Below, piece by piece: positions 18,692 to 28,544 of a stretch of DNA of 53,470 bases. The stretch's first letter is position 1; each line of letters begins with the position of its first letter. This DNA comes from a virus. Taxonomy: Duplodnaviria > Caudoviricetes. The stretch is from the IMG/VR virus record IMGVR_UViG_3300037258_000095, positions 1-53,470 of that record, one strand, 5' to 3'. Made by a program: the position numbers and the translations under genes. The notes beneath the pieces are model-generated. The model was not told where the DNA came from and made no database searches. It saw only the letters and a list, made by a program, of their open reading frames with translations.

Positions 18692-20363
18692 TCGGAGCCT
18701 TTTGCGTCACGACAGGCTTGCCCGTTTTCGGATCGATTTTCGGCGGTATCGGTTTGCCGGTTTGCGAATCAAACTTCGGAGCCGGATCGTCGAGGTTCAT
18801 GCCTTTACCGGGCGGCACGTTTAAGCCGAGATCGGGTGCTGCACTATCGATCCGCGATTTTTCAACTTCCGGGTCGAACGAATCGGCGAGAATGTCGCGC
18901 CGCTTCATTTCCGACCAAAACGTTTCAACGCTGATCTTATTCGCCGTTGTGGCGTTCAAAAGCAGTTGCAGATCGATTCCGGTTCCGGTGCCGACACCAA
19001 AGTCGGTGTTCACGTCGACCGAGCCGCCAGCCTTGTCTACGTCGGTATCGCCATCACCATCGGCTTTAATGCCGAGATAATCGGCCATGTAGCCGAATGC
19101 TTGCTCTAGGGCGTCACCGAGCGCGGTTGCCATCATCGCAAGCGGTGAATTCTCTTTCGCTTCGTCGCGAATTTCGCCGGTCGCAGTTTGACCGCCGGGT
19201 TGCGGCACAAGCAGTTGCAAGCCTTGCACCTGCATTTGGAATTCGAGTTTGTCGAGATCCGTTTGTCCGGCGTCAATCGCCGCGCCCGTATGCTCGACAT
19301 ATTCCAGTTTCGCATTCGAGTCCGAATTACGGACCATCGAATTTATGCCGACTTCAATTTTCGAATCGTCACCGAAACCGGCACCGAACAGAATCGGCAC
19401 GCGCGCCACATGCAGAATGTTGCGCTGGTCGCTAGACGACTGCCAATGCGCGACGTTCAAGTCGGCCAGATCCTCTAAAGGCGGTTCGCCGATAAAAAAT
19501 CCGGTACGATTGATATAGACCGGCACGAGCGGAATATATGAAAGCGACGTGGTGCCTTTCTGATAAAGCTGCCACGTCTTGCGACCGCCAGCGGAATCAA
19601 GTTTGCGCCAGATTTGCCACTTGCCCGGTTCGAGCACGCGGATCTGTTCAATGGTCGTTTCGTTGAAATCGCCGTCCGGCTCGGTCGCGTTTTCACGAAT
19701 ACGCGCCTGCGTGAGCGTGACAACGCCGTCGATAACGTCCGACTTAAACCCGATCAAATCCTCCGCCTGAATATGGCAAAGGTACGGGCGAATCTTTGCT
19801 GCCTGCTCGGCTGCCAGAGTAACGGGGGTGCCGTCCTCTTTTTTGAGGGCCGGCGGCATTTCGACGAGAATATAGTTGATACCCGTCTGCATGCCGTCGA
19901 AAAACACGTCACGCGCAAACACGTTCAAGTGACGCCCGGCGTTGTCGATATTCTCCGCGATCTCGACAAGTTGCTCCGGTACATCGTCCTCTAGCGTGAC
20001 TTCACGCTGGAAAACTTTGCCTGTCATATCCTTTACGGTTTTGCGGAAACCGTTGAACAGCGTCGAGCGGAATAGCCGCGCAGTGTACGCAGCGGGAGTT
20101 TCGGCCGGCTCACGCGGCAGCCATTCGGTATATTGCGCATTACCGACTGCGCGAGCACCAGCGGCGCGCATGCCGCGCGTACCTTGCATAAGAGCGCGCG
20201 GAAGTTTCCACAGCTTTTTAAGGCGTACGTTGTCGTCGCTCGGCGTGGCGACCGTCTTTTCCGAACCGTTGCCACTGTTCGCCGCAATGCTGGCGGCAGG
20301 ACCGCCAGCCGCTTTTGTTGCGGTAACGACTTTTGCGTACGGGGTGAGCGGGGCAACGGTCAT
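18675..20363 (-). CDS. Portal protein (DUF4055 family)
   Basis: LMQGTRGMRAAG, Y.ARL.RS.LFN, PPL.DLA.LN.AHWQS.SDQ.NILH.AR.P. Confidence 0.9.
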   Translation of the reverse strand: MTVAPLTPYAKVVTATKAAGGPAASIAANSGNGSEKTVATPSDDNVRLKKLWKLPRALMQGTRGMRAAGARAVGNAQYTEWLPREPAETPAAYTARLFRSTLFNGFRKTVKDMTGKVFQREVTLEDDVPEQLVEIAENIDNAGRHLNVFARDVFFDGMQTGINYILVEMPPALKKEDGTPVTLAAEQAAKIRPYLCHIQAEDLIGFKSDVIDGVVTLTQARIRENATEPDGDFNETTIEQIRVLEPGKWQIWRKLDSAGGRKTWQLYQKGTTSLSYIPLVPVYINRTGFFIGEPPLEDLADLNVAHWQSSSDQRNILHVARVPILFGAGFGDDSKIEVGINSMVRNSDSNAKLEYVEHTGAAIDAGQTDLDKLEFQMQVQGLQLLVPQPGGQTATGEIRDEAKENSPLAMMATALGDALEQAFGYMADYLGIKADGDGDTDVDKAGGSVDVNTDFGVGTGTGIDLQLLLNATTANKISVETFWSEMKRRDILADSFDPEVEKSRIDSAAPDLGLNVPPGKGMNLDDPAPKFDSQTGKPIPPKIDPKTGKPVVTQKAPNAAAD

Positions 20364-21622
20364 ATCGAAAGTGCCTCGCTGCTCGACGTAACGGCCCGGC
20401 GTACGCCTTCGACGGCGTAACGCAGCGAGTCGATGGTGTGGTTTTTAATCTCGCCGAGTTTTGACGTTATTTCGCCGGTCTTTTTATCGACCTGATACGA
20501 AAACAGCGTCAGTTCGTCCGCTACATGGTTGATCTGAGTTACCGGAGCGCAACAGTCGGGATGCACCACAATGTCGTAGGATTTTAGAAACTCGACACCA
20601 TCCTCGACAGATCCCGGCCCCTTAATCGCGGCTTGTATTCGCGGGAAGCCGTTGCGCTTCATGTAGCTAATCGTTTCCGGCCGCGCGCTGTCTGCCACGA
20701 TAGGCAAACTGCGCGCACCGGGGATTTTATCGAACAGTGCAGGCGTACGATCGATTTCACAACCGAGCGCCCATACGCACTTATCGACGTAAAGCGTACG
20801 ACCAACGATAAAGCATCGCACAAGCACTGTCGGATCGACCGCAAAGCCCCAATCGGCACCGGCAAGAAACCGTGCATCGGATGGCGTTTCGAACCGCTCG
20901 ATTTTCCAGTTGCGGAAAACGCGCGCTTCCGAGTTTTTGCGATAGCCGCCGAGCCAAATGTGTCCGTATTTGTCCGGGTCACGCGCCCGGTCACGTTCCA
21001 TGTCGCGCCGCAGTTCGTCGGGAAGCCACGGATTGTCCGGGTAATTCACTTCGACGCATACAAAATCAGGGTCGGCTTTATTCTCGCGAAAAAACACGTC
21101 CACCGGATCTGTCGGCAGATCGGGATTCCACGAAAATCGCTGTTGCGATCCCGACGCACGAAAAGTCGGCGTGGCGAGTGTAAGAGAACGCTGCGAAAGG
21201 GATTGCGCTTCCTCGTACCAGGCGCGGGTAAAGCCTTCCAACGACTTGATCGAAGTCGCGGTGTGATTTTGCAAACCCCGAAAGATAGCGAGACTATCGT
21301 TGTGCGGACAAACAATTTCGCGATCGGTTACTTTGAACCACGGCGCAATAGGCCATTGCTTGCCGGTGTCAACATCAACAGCGCAAAGGCTGTTGATTTT
21401 GTCCTCGATAAGCTGTTTGACCGAATCCTTGATCGAGTTTTGTACTTCGCGCACGCACGCGAGTCGCGTGTGCTGCGAAAACATTTCCTCGACCGACTGT
21501 GCGCCAAAAAAGTGCGACTTTGCTCCGCCGCGACCGCCCTTGGCGCCCTGATATCGTTGCGTCCCGAGCAGCGGCACGAAAGCGCGCGGCGTGGGTATTT
21601 GAAGTCGTAACCCTTCGATCAT
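20360..21622 (-). CDS. Terminase large subunit (PBSX family)
   Basis: GGRGGAKSH Walker A, WYEEAQ Walker B, DWGFAVDP, NHTIDSLRYA. Confidence 0.95.
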   Translation of the reverse strand: MIEGLRLQIPTPRAFVPLLGTQRYQGAKGGRGGAKSHFFGAQSVEEMFSQHTRLACVREVQNSIKDSVKQLIEDKINSLCAVDVDTGKQWPIAPWFKVTDREIVCPHNDSLAIFRGLQNHTATSIKSLEGFTRAWYEEAQSLSQRSLTLATPTFRASGSQQRFSWNPDLPTDPVDVFFRENKADPDFVCVEVNYPDNPWLPDELRRDMERDRARDPDKYGHIWLGGYRKNSEARVFRNWKIERFETPSDARFLAGADWGFAVDPTVLVRCFIVGRTLYVDKCVWALGCEIDRTPALFDKIPGARSLPIVADSARPETISYMKRNGFPRIQAAIKGPGSVEDGVEFLKSYDIVVHPDCCAPVTQINHVADELTLFSYQVDKKTGEITSKLGEIKNHTIDSLRYAVEGVRRAVTSSSEALSI

Positions 21623-22092
21623 GCTGCCACCGTCGGCGCGGCCGGATCGACTACCGTGCGTACGACTTCGACCGCCTTAAATTCCGGCGCGTCGTCTGGT
21701 GCATTACCTGCGTCAACCGAACCTTGTTCCTCCGCGATTTGTGCGAGAATTTCGGCGGCGAGCGCAATCGCGTTACGATTGCGCGCTTGCAAATACATGC
21801 TGTGCAACTCGACCAGGCGCACCGACTTTTCGGCGGTCGGCGCAGCAAGCGCGAAGTTTTCCATGAACTCCGAACGCCGCGCATTGAAAATCGCGAGCAT
21901 AATTTCGGGCAGTTGAACACGACGCGGATTGTTCGCGTCAATATCCTCGGCGTCGCAGTTGGTGTCTTTCCAACGCGCTCGGAACGCCTCGATAATCTCA
22001 TTCGGCGGATCAAATACAGCCAGGCGTCGAACAATAAAAACGCGCTGTTCCTCGGTGTGGCTGTTCAACGGCATGGCGTCGTGCGGGGGCAT
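21619..22092 (-). CDS. Terminase small subunit (DUF2280-like)
   Basis: FIVRRLAVFDPP, F...R..F, RL..L; directly upstream of large terminase. Confidence 0.75.
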   Translation of the reverse strand: MPPHDAMPLNSHTEEQRVFIVRRLAVFDPPNEIIEAFRARWKDTNCDAEDIDANNPRRVQLPEIMLAIFNARRSEFMENFALAAPTAEKSVRLVELHSMYLQARNRNAIALAAEILAQIAEEQGSVDAGNAPDDAPEFKAVEVVRTVVDPAAPTVAA

Positions 22093-22391
22093 CCCGCCTC
22101 CGCCCTTCTATTTGCGCAATCAGTGCCGGCAACCGCACGCGGCATTCGCACCGAGCGCCACCCACGCTGCGGGGAGTCATCGCGCCGCGGTCGCCGACCT
22201 ATGAATTTATCGCACTTTATTTGAACGCGGCTTGACGGTTCACCGCTCGCAATTACGCGCAAGGCTGCACGAGACGGAGGCTGTACGCTGCCAATGCAAA
22301 CTCTTTCGTCCGGCGCCTACGTTGCGACGCGGTGCCCCTGATTAAATGCCGTAAAGGCTTTGCGGGCAGGTCGCCGATGCGGCGCCGGGCG

Positions 22392-22423
22392 AAAAAGAAA
22401 AAGCCCACCGTTGCAGGCGGGCT
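22392..22423 (-). terminator. Intrinsic terminator in late-operon leader
   Basis: AGCCCGCC-loop-GGTGGGCT followed by TTTTCTTTTT on minus strand. Confidence 0.85.
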
Positions 22424-22504
22424 AGTCGCAGGGAGGCTCAAACAGTGAAAACTACTTTATGGAAAACTCCTCGGGGAGCACCCCGGAATTTCAGGCGTAA
22501 CGAG

Positions 22505-22533
22505 GTTTTAGCATAGCTGTCCCCGACTGTCAA
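22505..22533 (-). promoter_or_regulatory. Putative late promoter
   Basis: TTGACA-17-TAAAAC with TG extension, directly downstream of the DUF6456-like gene. Confidence 0.7.
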
Positions 22534-22554
22534 CGTATAAGTTTTACAGTACGT

Positions 22555-23022
22555 TTAAACCGCCATTTTCCAGCCCCGCGCGGCGCGCGGGGTATTGCCC
22601 CGCAACGCTGCAAAATGCCGCAATCCGGCAAGCAAATTTTGCTTGGCAGTACCGTTGCGCCAGCGTTTAGTACGATCAAGACGGCTCAAAGATTCGTCAT
22701 GGAAAAGCACCGCTCGCACGCTCGCCAAAACCACGCTATCGGCCAACTGCGCGCGCCACTTTTGATACGTGACGAGCAGGTCGACGCGCCTTGCTGCAAG
22801 ATCGTCGGCAGCGCCGGGACGCGATTCGCCTTTCGGTATTCCCAAATCCGAATCGCGCGGAGCTGGTGCGCCGACCGATATGTGATAGGCGTGAAGCAAT
22901 TCGTCGGCCGCTGTCAGTTCCCACACGTTCAACGAACCGCGACGCTTCATGCGCGCAAGTGGCGATTCGGAAATGTGCCGGGTCGGGGCCGCTGTCCCTT
23001 TCGGTGTCTTAAACGCTTTCAC
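22555..23022 (-). CDS. DUF6456-like (GafA C-terminal/GafZ-like) late regulator, probable antiterminator
   Basis: ESPLARMKRRG, AADEL, ESLSRLDRTKRWRNGTAKQNLLAGLRHFA; Q-like position. Confidence 0.7.
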   Translation of the reverse strand: MKAFKTPKGTAAPTRHISESPLARMKRRGSLNVWELTAADELLHAYHISVGAPAPRDSDLGIPKGESRPGAADDLAARRVDLLVTYQKWRAQLADSVVLASVRAVLFHDESLSRLDRTKRWRNGTAKQNLLAGLRHFAALRGNTPRAARGWKMAV

Positions 23023-23231
23023 CGTTTAGGGCCACGCCAGCCATTGCGAATTGTGTGACAATCATCCACAAATTCAGCCGCGATTTGTGAACAATCGTCT
23101 CTAAAATTTTCGCGGAAATACGTTTCGAACGGCTCGAGCACATGACACACCGTTATAATGACGGTGTAAAATGGCGTATACGCAATCAACAACGATCTCC
23201 GAATCCAAGGATTGCGAATACTCGAAATCAT
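23019..23231 (-). CDS. Hypothetical membrane protein
   Basis: Coupled ORF with one hydrophobic segment. Confidence 0.5.
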   Translation of the reverse strand: MISSIRNPWIRRSLLIAYTPFYTVIITVCHVLEPFETYFRENFRDDCSQIAAEFVDDCHTIRNGWRGPKR

Positions 23232-23443
23232 CCGATCACCACGGGTGGTTTGCCAGCAATCAAATTGCTGCGGACGCTCCACACGTCCGGCATTTCGGAT
23301 ATCTCGTAACGCTCGGCTGTCACATGACCGTGGCCGCGTGATTTCCAAAACGTTTGGATTGTGGCGGCGAGAATTCCGGCGCCGTATTTTGACAGATAAT
23401 CGAGGCGGGGAGAGGCGAGACGAACGGGCTTAATCGAGGGCAT
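23228..23443 (-). CDS. Hypothetical phage protein
   Basis: GGAG RBS, own upstream promoter, W.VRSNL..G.PP end. Confidence 0.6.
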   Translation of the reverse strand: MPSIKPVRLASPRLDYLSKYGAGILAATIQTFWKSRGHGHVTAERYEISEMPDVWSVRSNLIAGKPPVVIG

Positions 23444-23476
23444 TGTCGCTCCGGCGTGTGGCGTCCGGGCATACAA

Positions 23477-23794
23477 TCACGCTTTGCGTTTACTGTCAAC
23501 GGGAATCTGATTCCTAGTAAGTATTTGGTGCACATATTGCCGCTTTACGTCGAGCAGCAACGCTATTCGGCTCGGCTTCGTTACGCCAGCCGCCACCAAC
23601 GCCGCAACCTTGGCCGGGATTTCCGACGTGCGTGCGCGCGGCTTCCTGGCGCGGTTCGCTCTTTCCGAGCGCAGGATTGCGTACACAACGCCGACCGGCA
23701 CCTGTTCGGCAAGGGAAATCGTGTCGGCAAACTCCCCGGCGTCGAACCGACGCAGAATTGCGTTCGTCTTTTGCGGGGAAGTAGTCACGGGCAA
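23477..23794 (-). CDS. Small HTH DNA-binding protein
   Basis: ISLAEQVPVGVVYAILR and SRIALLLDVKRQYVHQIL HTH-like segments. Confidence 0.6.
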   Translation of the reverse strand: MPVTTSPQKTNAILRRFDAGEFADTISLAEQVPVGVVYAILRSERANRARKPRARTSEIPAKVAALVAAGVTKPSRIALLLDVKRQYVHQILTRNQIPVDSKRKA

Positions 23795-24069
23795 AATTCC
23801 GCAATTAGTTTCAAATAATTGTCACCATGGCATGCGAGTGGTTTGCAATGACAACCGAGCCGTTTGCCCCGCATACTTCGAAGCCATAATAGCGCGTTTT
23901 CGCGCGTATCCGGATTTGCGAGAGCTGTGCGCCATTGCGTGTCATGCTTTTGTATTACCGTTGCGCGATTTCCGTCCGGCCCGATGCGGTACAAATTACC
24001 TAATGGACTACGCCGATCGATTCGCATGTCGTAAGCTTCACGCGTCAAATTTACGACAGTGGTTTTCAC
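23785..24069 (-). CDS. DUF4326 protein
   Basis: IDRRSPLGNLY, RGKRLGCHCKPLACHGD. Confidence 0.85.
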   Translation of the reverse strand: MKTTVVNLTREAYDMRIDRRSPLGNLYRIGPDGNRATVIQKHDTQWRTALANPDTRENALLWLRSMRGKRLGCHCKPLACHGDNYLKLIAEFCP

Positions 24070-25709
24070 GCCGACACCGGCTGCGGCACCATCGCCGGCA
24101 ACGGCACTATAATTTCCGAACCGTCCGCCGAAATCTGTTTCGCGGACGCCTGCGAGCGACCGTTCGGCACAAGCACGGATACGATCACACCGAAGCCGCC
24201 GAGTTTTACCCACCGAACATTCGAAAGTGCGCGCGCCAATTCACCGGCCAAAATTAACTGCTGCTCGCCAGCGACCACCCATGCGGTATCGTCTGCCGCT
24301 TTCCAAGCTCGCAACACCGGCAGCCATCCACCTTCGCGCGCCGCGCCGGTTTTGTACGCGGCAATCAACGCCGCGCCCGATGGCGTCTCTAATAGCTTCG
24401 CAGTTTTTTCCTCCGCCGTATCCGGCCGGCGCATGTCATAATCGCATTTCGGGCAGTCGAGTTCGCCACGGCTAATAGTTTCCAAGCACGCCGGACACAG
24501 CTTGGTCATTAGTGCGTCACAATGCCAGCACCGAGCCGCTGCGGCGGCGTTACGCGTACCGCACGTTTCGCACGACACAAGCCTCGCCTTGGTTTCCTTT
24601 GGTCGGATGAAATCGAGCGGCCCGTGCCGATCGATATTTCCGGCGAAATCCAAAACGCTGCAATCGGCTTTGCCGGCCGCTATGCTCGCGTCGATATTGC
24701 CGCCAATCGTGCGCAGCGCGCGGCCGACTTGCTGAATATATAGCCCGAGCGACTTAGTTGGGCGCCGCATGACGAGCAAGTCGACCTGTGGCACGTCAAA
24801 CCCGGTCGTAAGCGCGTTTACGTTCACGAGCACTTTAAGGCGTCCCGAACGGAACGCCTCGATCGTTTGCGCGCGCTCGCCCGCGCCTGTCTCGCCGAGC
24901 ACAAGGCCGGTGGCAATGCCCCATTCGCCCATGCGCCGCGCCATGGCGTGCGCCGCTTTTGTACCTGCTTCGAACACGAGCCACGCGCGACGCTCCGAGC
25001 CATGGTGCACCATCTGCGCAATATGATTGTCCATGGCGGCAATCATCTGCGCGTCGGACGATTCGGCGGTGTATTCGCCGGAGCGTGTGCGCAATTTCGA
25101 CGGATCTACAACTTCCGTCGCGCCGATCGAAAACGCCGGGCACAAATAGCCGTCGCGTATACCGTCGAGAATCGAATAGCGATACACCACGCGATCGAAC
25201 GGAGCGCCTTCGCCCTCGATCAAACTGCCACCCTGCAGCCGAAACACTGTGCCGGAAGCGCCGTAAATTCGTGCATACGGAAAGCCGCGGGCCAGTTCGC
25301 GGTACATGCCCGATTCAGAATGCGGCCACAGGTGCGCTTCGTCGCCGCCGAGCTGCGTCACCGGCCCGAAATTGTGTGCATACTTGTAGACGGATTGTAT
25401 CGCTGCGCTAATAACCGGCGCGCGCCATGTGCGCTCGTTAAGAGCGGCAGCATTTAAGCCGACATGAACGCCGGGCATGAGTTTGCGGCAAGCATCGGCG
25501 TTTTGCTCGACCAGTTCGCGCGTATGCGCAACGATGATAGCTCGACCGCCGCGTTCAATTTCACGTCGCGCCAATTCGGCAAACATGAGAGATTTGCCGG
25601 CGGAAACGCATGCGTCGACCAAGGGCCGTTTAATGCCCGATCGCCAAGCATCCTCGACCGCATCGGCAGCGGCGACTTGATGCGGTCGTAGTGTAATAGC
25701 GGAAATCAT
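24066..25709 (-). CDS. SF2 helicase (RadD/YejH-like) with Zn ribbons
   Basis: LRPHQ, SAGKS, DEAH, LTTGFD.P, QQVGRALR, four CxxC pairs. Confidence 0.9.
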   Translation of the reverse strand: MISAITLRPHQVAAADAVEDAWRSGIKRPLVDACVSAGKSLMFAELARREIERGGRAIIVAHTRELVEQNADACRKLMPGVHVGLNAAALNERTWRAPVISAAIQSVYKYAHNFGPVTQLGGDEAHLWPHSESGMYRELARGFPYARIYGASGTVFRLQGGSLIEGEGAPFDRVVYRYSILDGIRDGYLCPAFSIGATEVVDPSKLRTRSGEYTAESSDAQMIAAMDNHIAQMVHHGSERRAWLVFEAGTKAAHAMARRMGEWGIATGLVLGETGAGERAQTIEAFRSGRLKVLVNVNALTTGFDVPQVDLLVMRRPTKSLGLYIQQVGRALRTIGGNIDASIAAGKADCSVLDFAGNIDRHGPLDFIRPKETKARLVSCETCGTRNAAAAARCWHCDALMTKLCPACLETISRGELDCPKCDYDMRRPDTAEEKTAKLLETPSGAALIAAYKTGAAREGGWLPVLRAWKAADDTAWVVAGEQQLILAGELARALSNVRWVKLGGFGVIVSVLVPNGRSQASAKQISADGSEIIVPLPAMVPQPVSA

Positions 25710-25767
25710 ACGTTGACAATAGCCGCTTTATACGGACTGTCAACACGTAATTTTGCGGATTTATAGC

Positions 25768-26175
25768 TTATTCCGGCGCCAGAATTGCGTCCGGGTTGGC
25801 ACCGATCGCCGTCAGCATCGCGCGTGCATCGGCATCATCGGCAAAGATTGACAGCCGGGAATTCCAGCGCTCGCGCAAATACAGACCAGCGGCATCGAGT
25901 GCCGCACGAGCAGCGGTAAGTTTCCCGGCCGTTTGCAAGCGGTCTACAATCAACCGCGTCGGGACAAGATGATAGGGCGGCACGTTGGCCGCTCGCAGCA
26001 CATCGATCAGATTAGCCATTGTATCGACGATGGTTGGCGAATTGCCCACTGCCAGCCATGCGACATAAGCCTCATCCGCAATGGGGACGCTCGCAGCGCG
26101 AGCGCTGGCGTACACTTGCGTTTGATCGCCGCCAACGGCCCAGTACCAATCGCTCGGGCGATAATCGTCGTTCAT
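25768..26175 (-). CDS. Putative tail-fibre assembly/chaperone protein
   Basis: Directly downstream of fibre gene; DWYW.V, Y.AWLA.GN.P. Confidence 0.55.
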   Translation of the reverse strand: MNDDYRPSDWYWAVGGDQTQVYASARAASVPIADEAYVAWLAVGNSPTIVDTMANLIDVLRAANVPPYHLVPTRLIVDRLQTAGKLTAARAALDAAGLYLRERWNSRLSIFADDADARAMLTAIGANPDAILAPE

Positions 26176-26185
26176 GTCGGTGATC

Positions 26186-27934
26186 CTAGTTATAAAGGCC
26201 GGAGCCGTCATTCGTGCCAGACGTATCACCCGGCAAATAGGTTGCTCCTCCGCCGCTCGTGTCGATCAACCCCATCGTCGTGATCGCATAACGCAGGCTT
26301 GATGACCCGCTTGATCCCGAGAAAGTATTGGTTCCGCAAATTATTCGGCTCTGGCGCGCGCAATTCGCAAAGCCTGCGGAGAATACCGGCGAACCCGAAA
26401 GCGTAATTGTTCTACCGGCCGCGACAATCGACCCGTTGGTCGAAACCTTCCAATGCGAGCTACAATTTGACGAGATCGTATAGTCCGCGTTCACATAGAT
26501 CGAAGAAAATCGCTGCGCGAGAAGGTGTGTTCCCGAACCCGCATATTCCATTTTACCGACGATGTTTAGCAGCGACTGTTCATTGACAGATATCTGATTG
26601 CCGGCTGCCGTTAGCTTAAAGCCGCCCAAAAACAGCGAAGCACCATTTGCCCCAACCGACGTTGTGGGAATGACGCCAACGGCAATTGCTCCCGAAATAA
26701 CGACATTGCTCGGCGTCGTCGTATCGCCTTGAAGCAAGACGATGCCTTGCCCATCCCAAGGACCTGATACGGTAACCGTTCCTGCAAAGGTTCCGGTCCC
26801 GACTTGAATGGTAACCTGAAAACCGCCGAGATCGATGGTATTGGCAATCGTGTCGACGGCTTTTTGAATTGTCAGGAAGGCGCCGCCGCTTGTATTGGCA
26901 AGGCCGTTATTGCTGTCGCTGCCATCGGTTCGGACGTAATAGGTACGAGCGCCGGTCAATTTTACGCGCGTGGCTGCATCGACGTAAGCATTCGTCGCCA
27001 GCTTCGTGGTGCCGTCACGTGCCGAAGCTGTCGCACCCACGCTCGTGCTATCGAATGTCTTATTCGTGAGAGTCTGTGCCGTCGTCTTATCGACCGTGAT
27101 GCTGGTGTCGATCGACAATGTGTTGCCGGATTTTCCCAGGCCATTGCCGGCGGTGATTTCACCGGCACCGGAAAATTGCGTAAATGAAATCGCAGTGGTG
27201 CCTGGCGTGGCCGCAGCACTATTGGTGCAGACGAATCCGGCAGCCGCGTTGACGGTGCCCGTCTCAACAAACACATAGGCACCGGCATATTCTCCCGTCG
27301 CATCCATCGACGTATGGCGGGTGAGCACAAGCGCTACGCCGACCGCGCCGGCAACCGTTACAACGTATAATCCGTTATAGGGTGCGTTACCCGCCGTCTC
27401 GTTTTTGACGAGCAACACATTACCGAGCGCGAGATTGGTGCCGTCGATTGCGACCACGCCGGTCGCGGTCATCGTCAGCGTGGCGCCGATGCCTGAAGCG
27501 CCGTTCGCATAGGTATAGGTTGGCAGCGTTGTTGTGGTCGCAAGAATTGCGGATGGCTTGGCTGACAAGCCTTGCGCAACCGCATCGACGTAGGACTTGG
27601 TCGCCCTTTGCGTTGCAACGCGCGTATCGGTGTTTGCGGAAAGTGTCGGATCGGAATCGGTCGTGATCGCACCGCCCTTAACTTTGAATCGCGTGCCAAC
27701 GTTATCGACGATGCACGATATACCGCCATCGTCGGCGGTCGTTGTGTCGGTCGTATCGCGATCATATAATATCGCCGCAACGTCCAGCCCGAGCGCGTCG
27801 GAATAATTCTTGCCGTTGACTTCGGCCGCGCTCGCCACACGCAAACGAACGCGCGTCTGCATATACGAACGGAAATCCGCCTTGGCAGGCGAGACGTTAT
27901 CGACTTCGACGGCGTTTGCGGGATGATCGGTCAT
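26186..27934 (-). CDS. Tail fibre/tailspike with C-terminal beta-helix
   Basis: DTTTADDGG docking motif, YVD..AQGL...VLLVKNE...NGLYVV fibre domain, TYYVRTDGSDSNNG...FLTIQKAVD beta-helix start. Confidence 0.8.
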   Translation of the reverse strand: MTDHPANAVEVDNVSPAKADFRSYMQTRVRLRVASAAEVNGKNYSDALGLDVAAILYDRDTTDTTTADDGGISCIVDNVGTRFKVKGGAITTDSDPTLSANTDTRVATQRATKSYVDAVAQGLSAKPSAILATTTTLPTYTYANGASGIGATLTMTATGVVAIDGTNLALGNVLLVKNETAGNAPYNGLYVVTVAGAVGVALVLTRHTSMDATGEYAGAYVFVETGTVNAAAGFVCTNSAAATPGTTAISFTQFSGAGEITAGNGLGKSGNTLSIDTSITVDKTTAQTLTNKTFDSTSVGATASARDGTTKLATNAYVDAATRVKLTGARTYYVRTDGSDSNNGLANTSGGAFLTIQKAVDTIANTIDLGGFQVTIQVGTGTFAGTVTVSGPWDGQGIVLLQGDTTTPSNVVISGAIAVGVIPTTSVGANGASLFLGGFKLTAAGNQISVNEQSLLNIVGKMEYAGSGTHLLAQRFSSIYVNADYTISSNCSSHWKVSTNGSIVAAGRTITLSGSPVFSAGFANCARQSRIICGTNTFSGSSGSSSLRYAITTMGLIDTSGGGATYLPGDTSGTNDGSGLYN

Positions 27935-27937
27935 TCG

Positions 27938-28453
27938 TTACGGCACGCGCGTAACGAGCTTCCACGTCGGCGAAGCCTTCGTGTTCCCGTTAATATAGAG
28001 ATTCGCGTTGGTGATATCGGTGTAGCGCGAGCCTGGTCCGGCAACCATGGCGCCGGTCATGCCGTCTACGGGTGCACCCGCACCGATCAATTCGGCAACG
28101 TCACCGATCGTGCCGACCACCGGAATCTGCAACGCTTCCTCGACGGCAACGGCTGCGGTAATCGCCGTCGCAGCGGCGGCAAGCGCTTCCGGCGCGGTCG
28201 GGTAGTCGATACGCGCAGAGCTAAACGTCAGTACGCCCGTGTCGGCGGTGACGTTGTAGTGATTGGTGCTCGTGTCGGGGCCGAACGTAACAGTCGTGCC
28301 GGCGGCAACCTGAGTCGGCGTGCTTGGCGCACTGCCGGGCTGCCCGAGCAGCACCACATTGCCGGACGAATTCGCGTCGGCGGTGACGCTAAGTTGCTCG
28401 CCAGCGTAAAGAATGAGGGTGCGAGGGCTGTCTTGCGAAACGCTGATCGACAT
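27938..28453 (-). CDS. Putative virion structural protein
   Basis: Thr/Ala/Gly-rich, GAGAP...GS.YTD....LY.N...W end, GGAGG RBS. Confidence 0.6.
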   Translation of the reverse strand: MSISVSQDSPRTLILYAGEQLSVTADANSSGNVVLLGQPGSAPSTPTQVAAGTTVTFGPDTSTNHYNVTADTGVLTFSSARIDYPTAPEALAAAATAITAAVAVEEALQIPVVGTIGDVAELIGAGAPVDGMTGAMVAGPGSRYTDITNANLYINGNTKASPTWKLVTRVP

Positions 28454-28544
28454 ATGCGATGGCCTCCAAAATGGGGCACGTCGCGCTAAAAGCGGGACAC
28501 GCGGCCCCGCGGAATCCGCACACTATCACCGCATCGGCTTACTG

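Noticed and set aside
5380-22092. Gene transfer agent cluster
   Set aside because: Integrase, att sites, replication genes and P22-like coat/PBSX terminase indicate a true prophage rather than an RcGTA-type cluster.
22093-22391. Structured ncRNA or pac site upstream of the small terminase
   Set aside because: About 300 bp lacks a convincing ORF, but I could not identify a defensible structure or repeat by eye.
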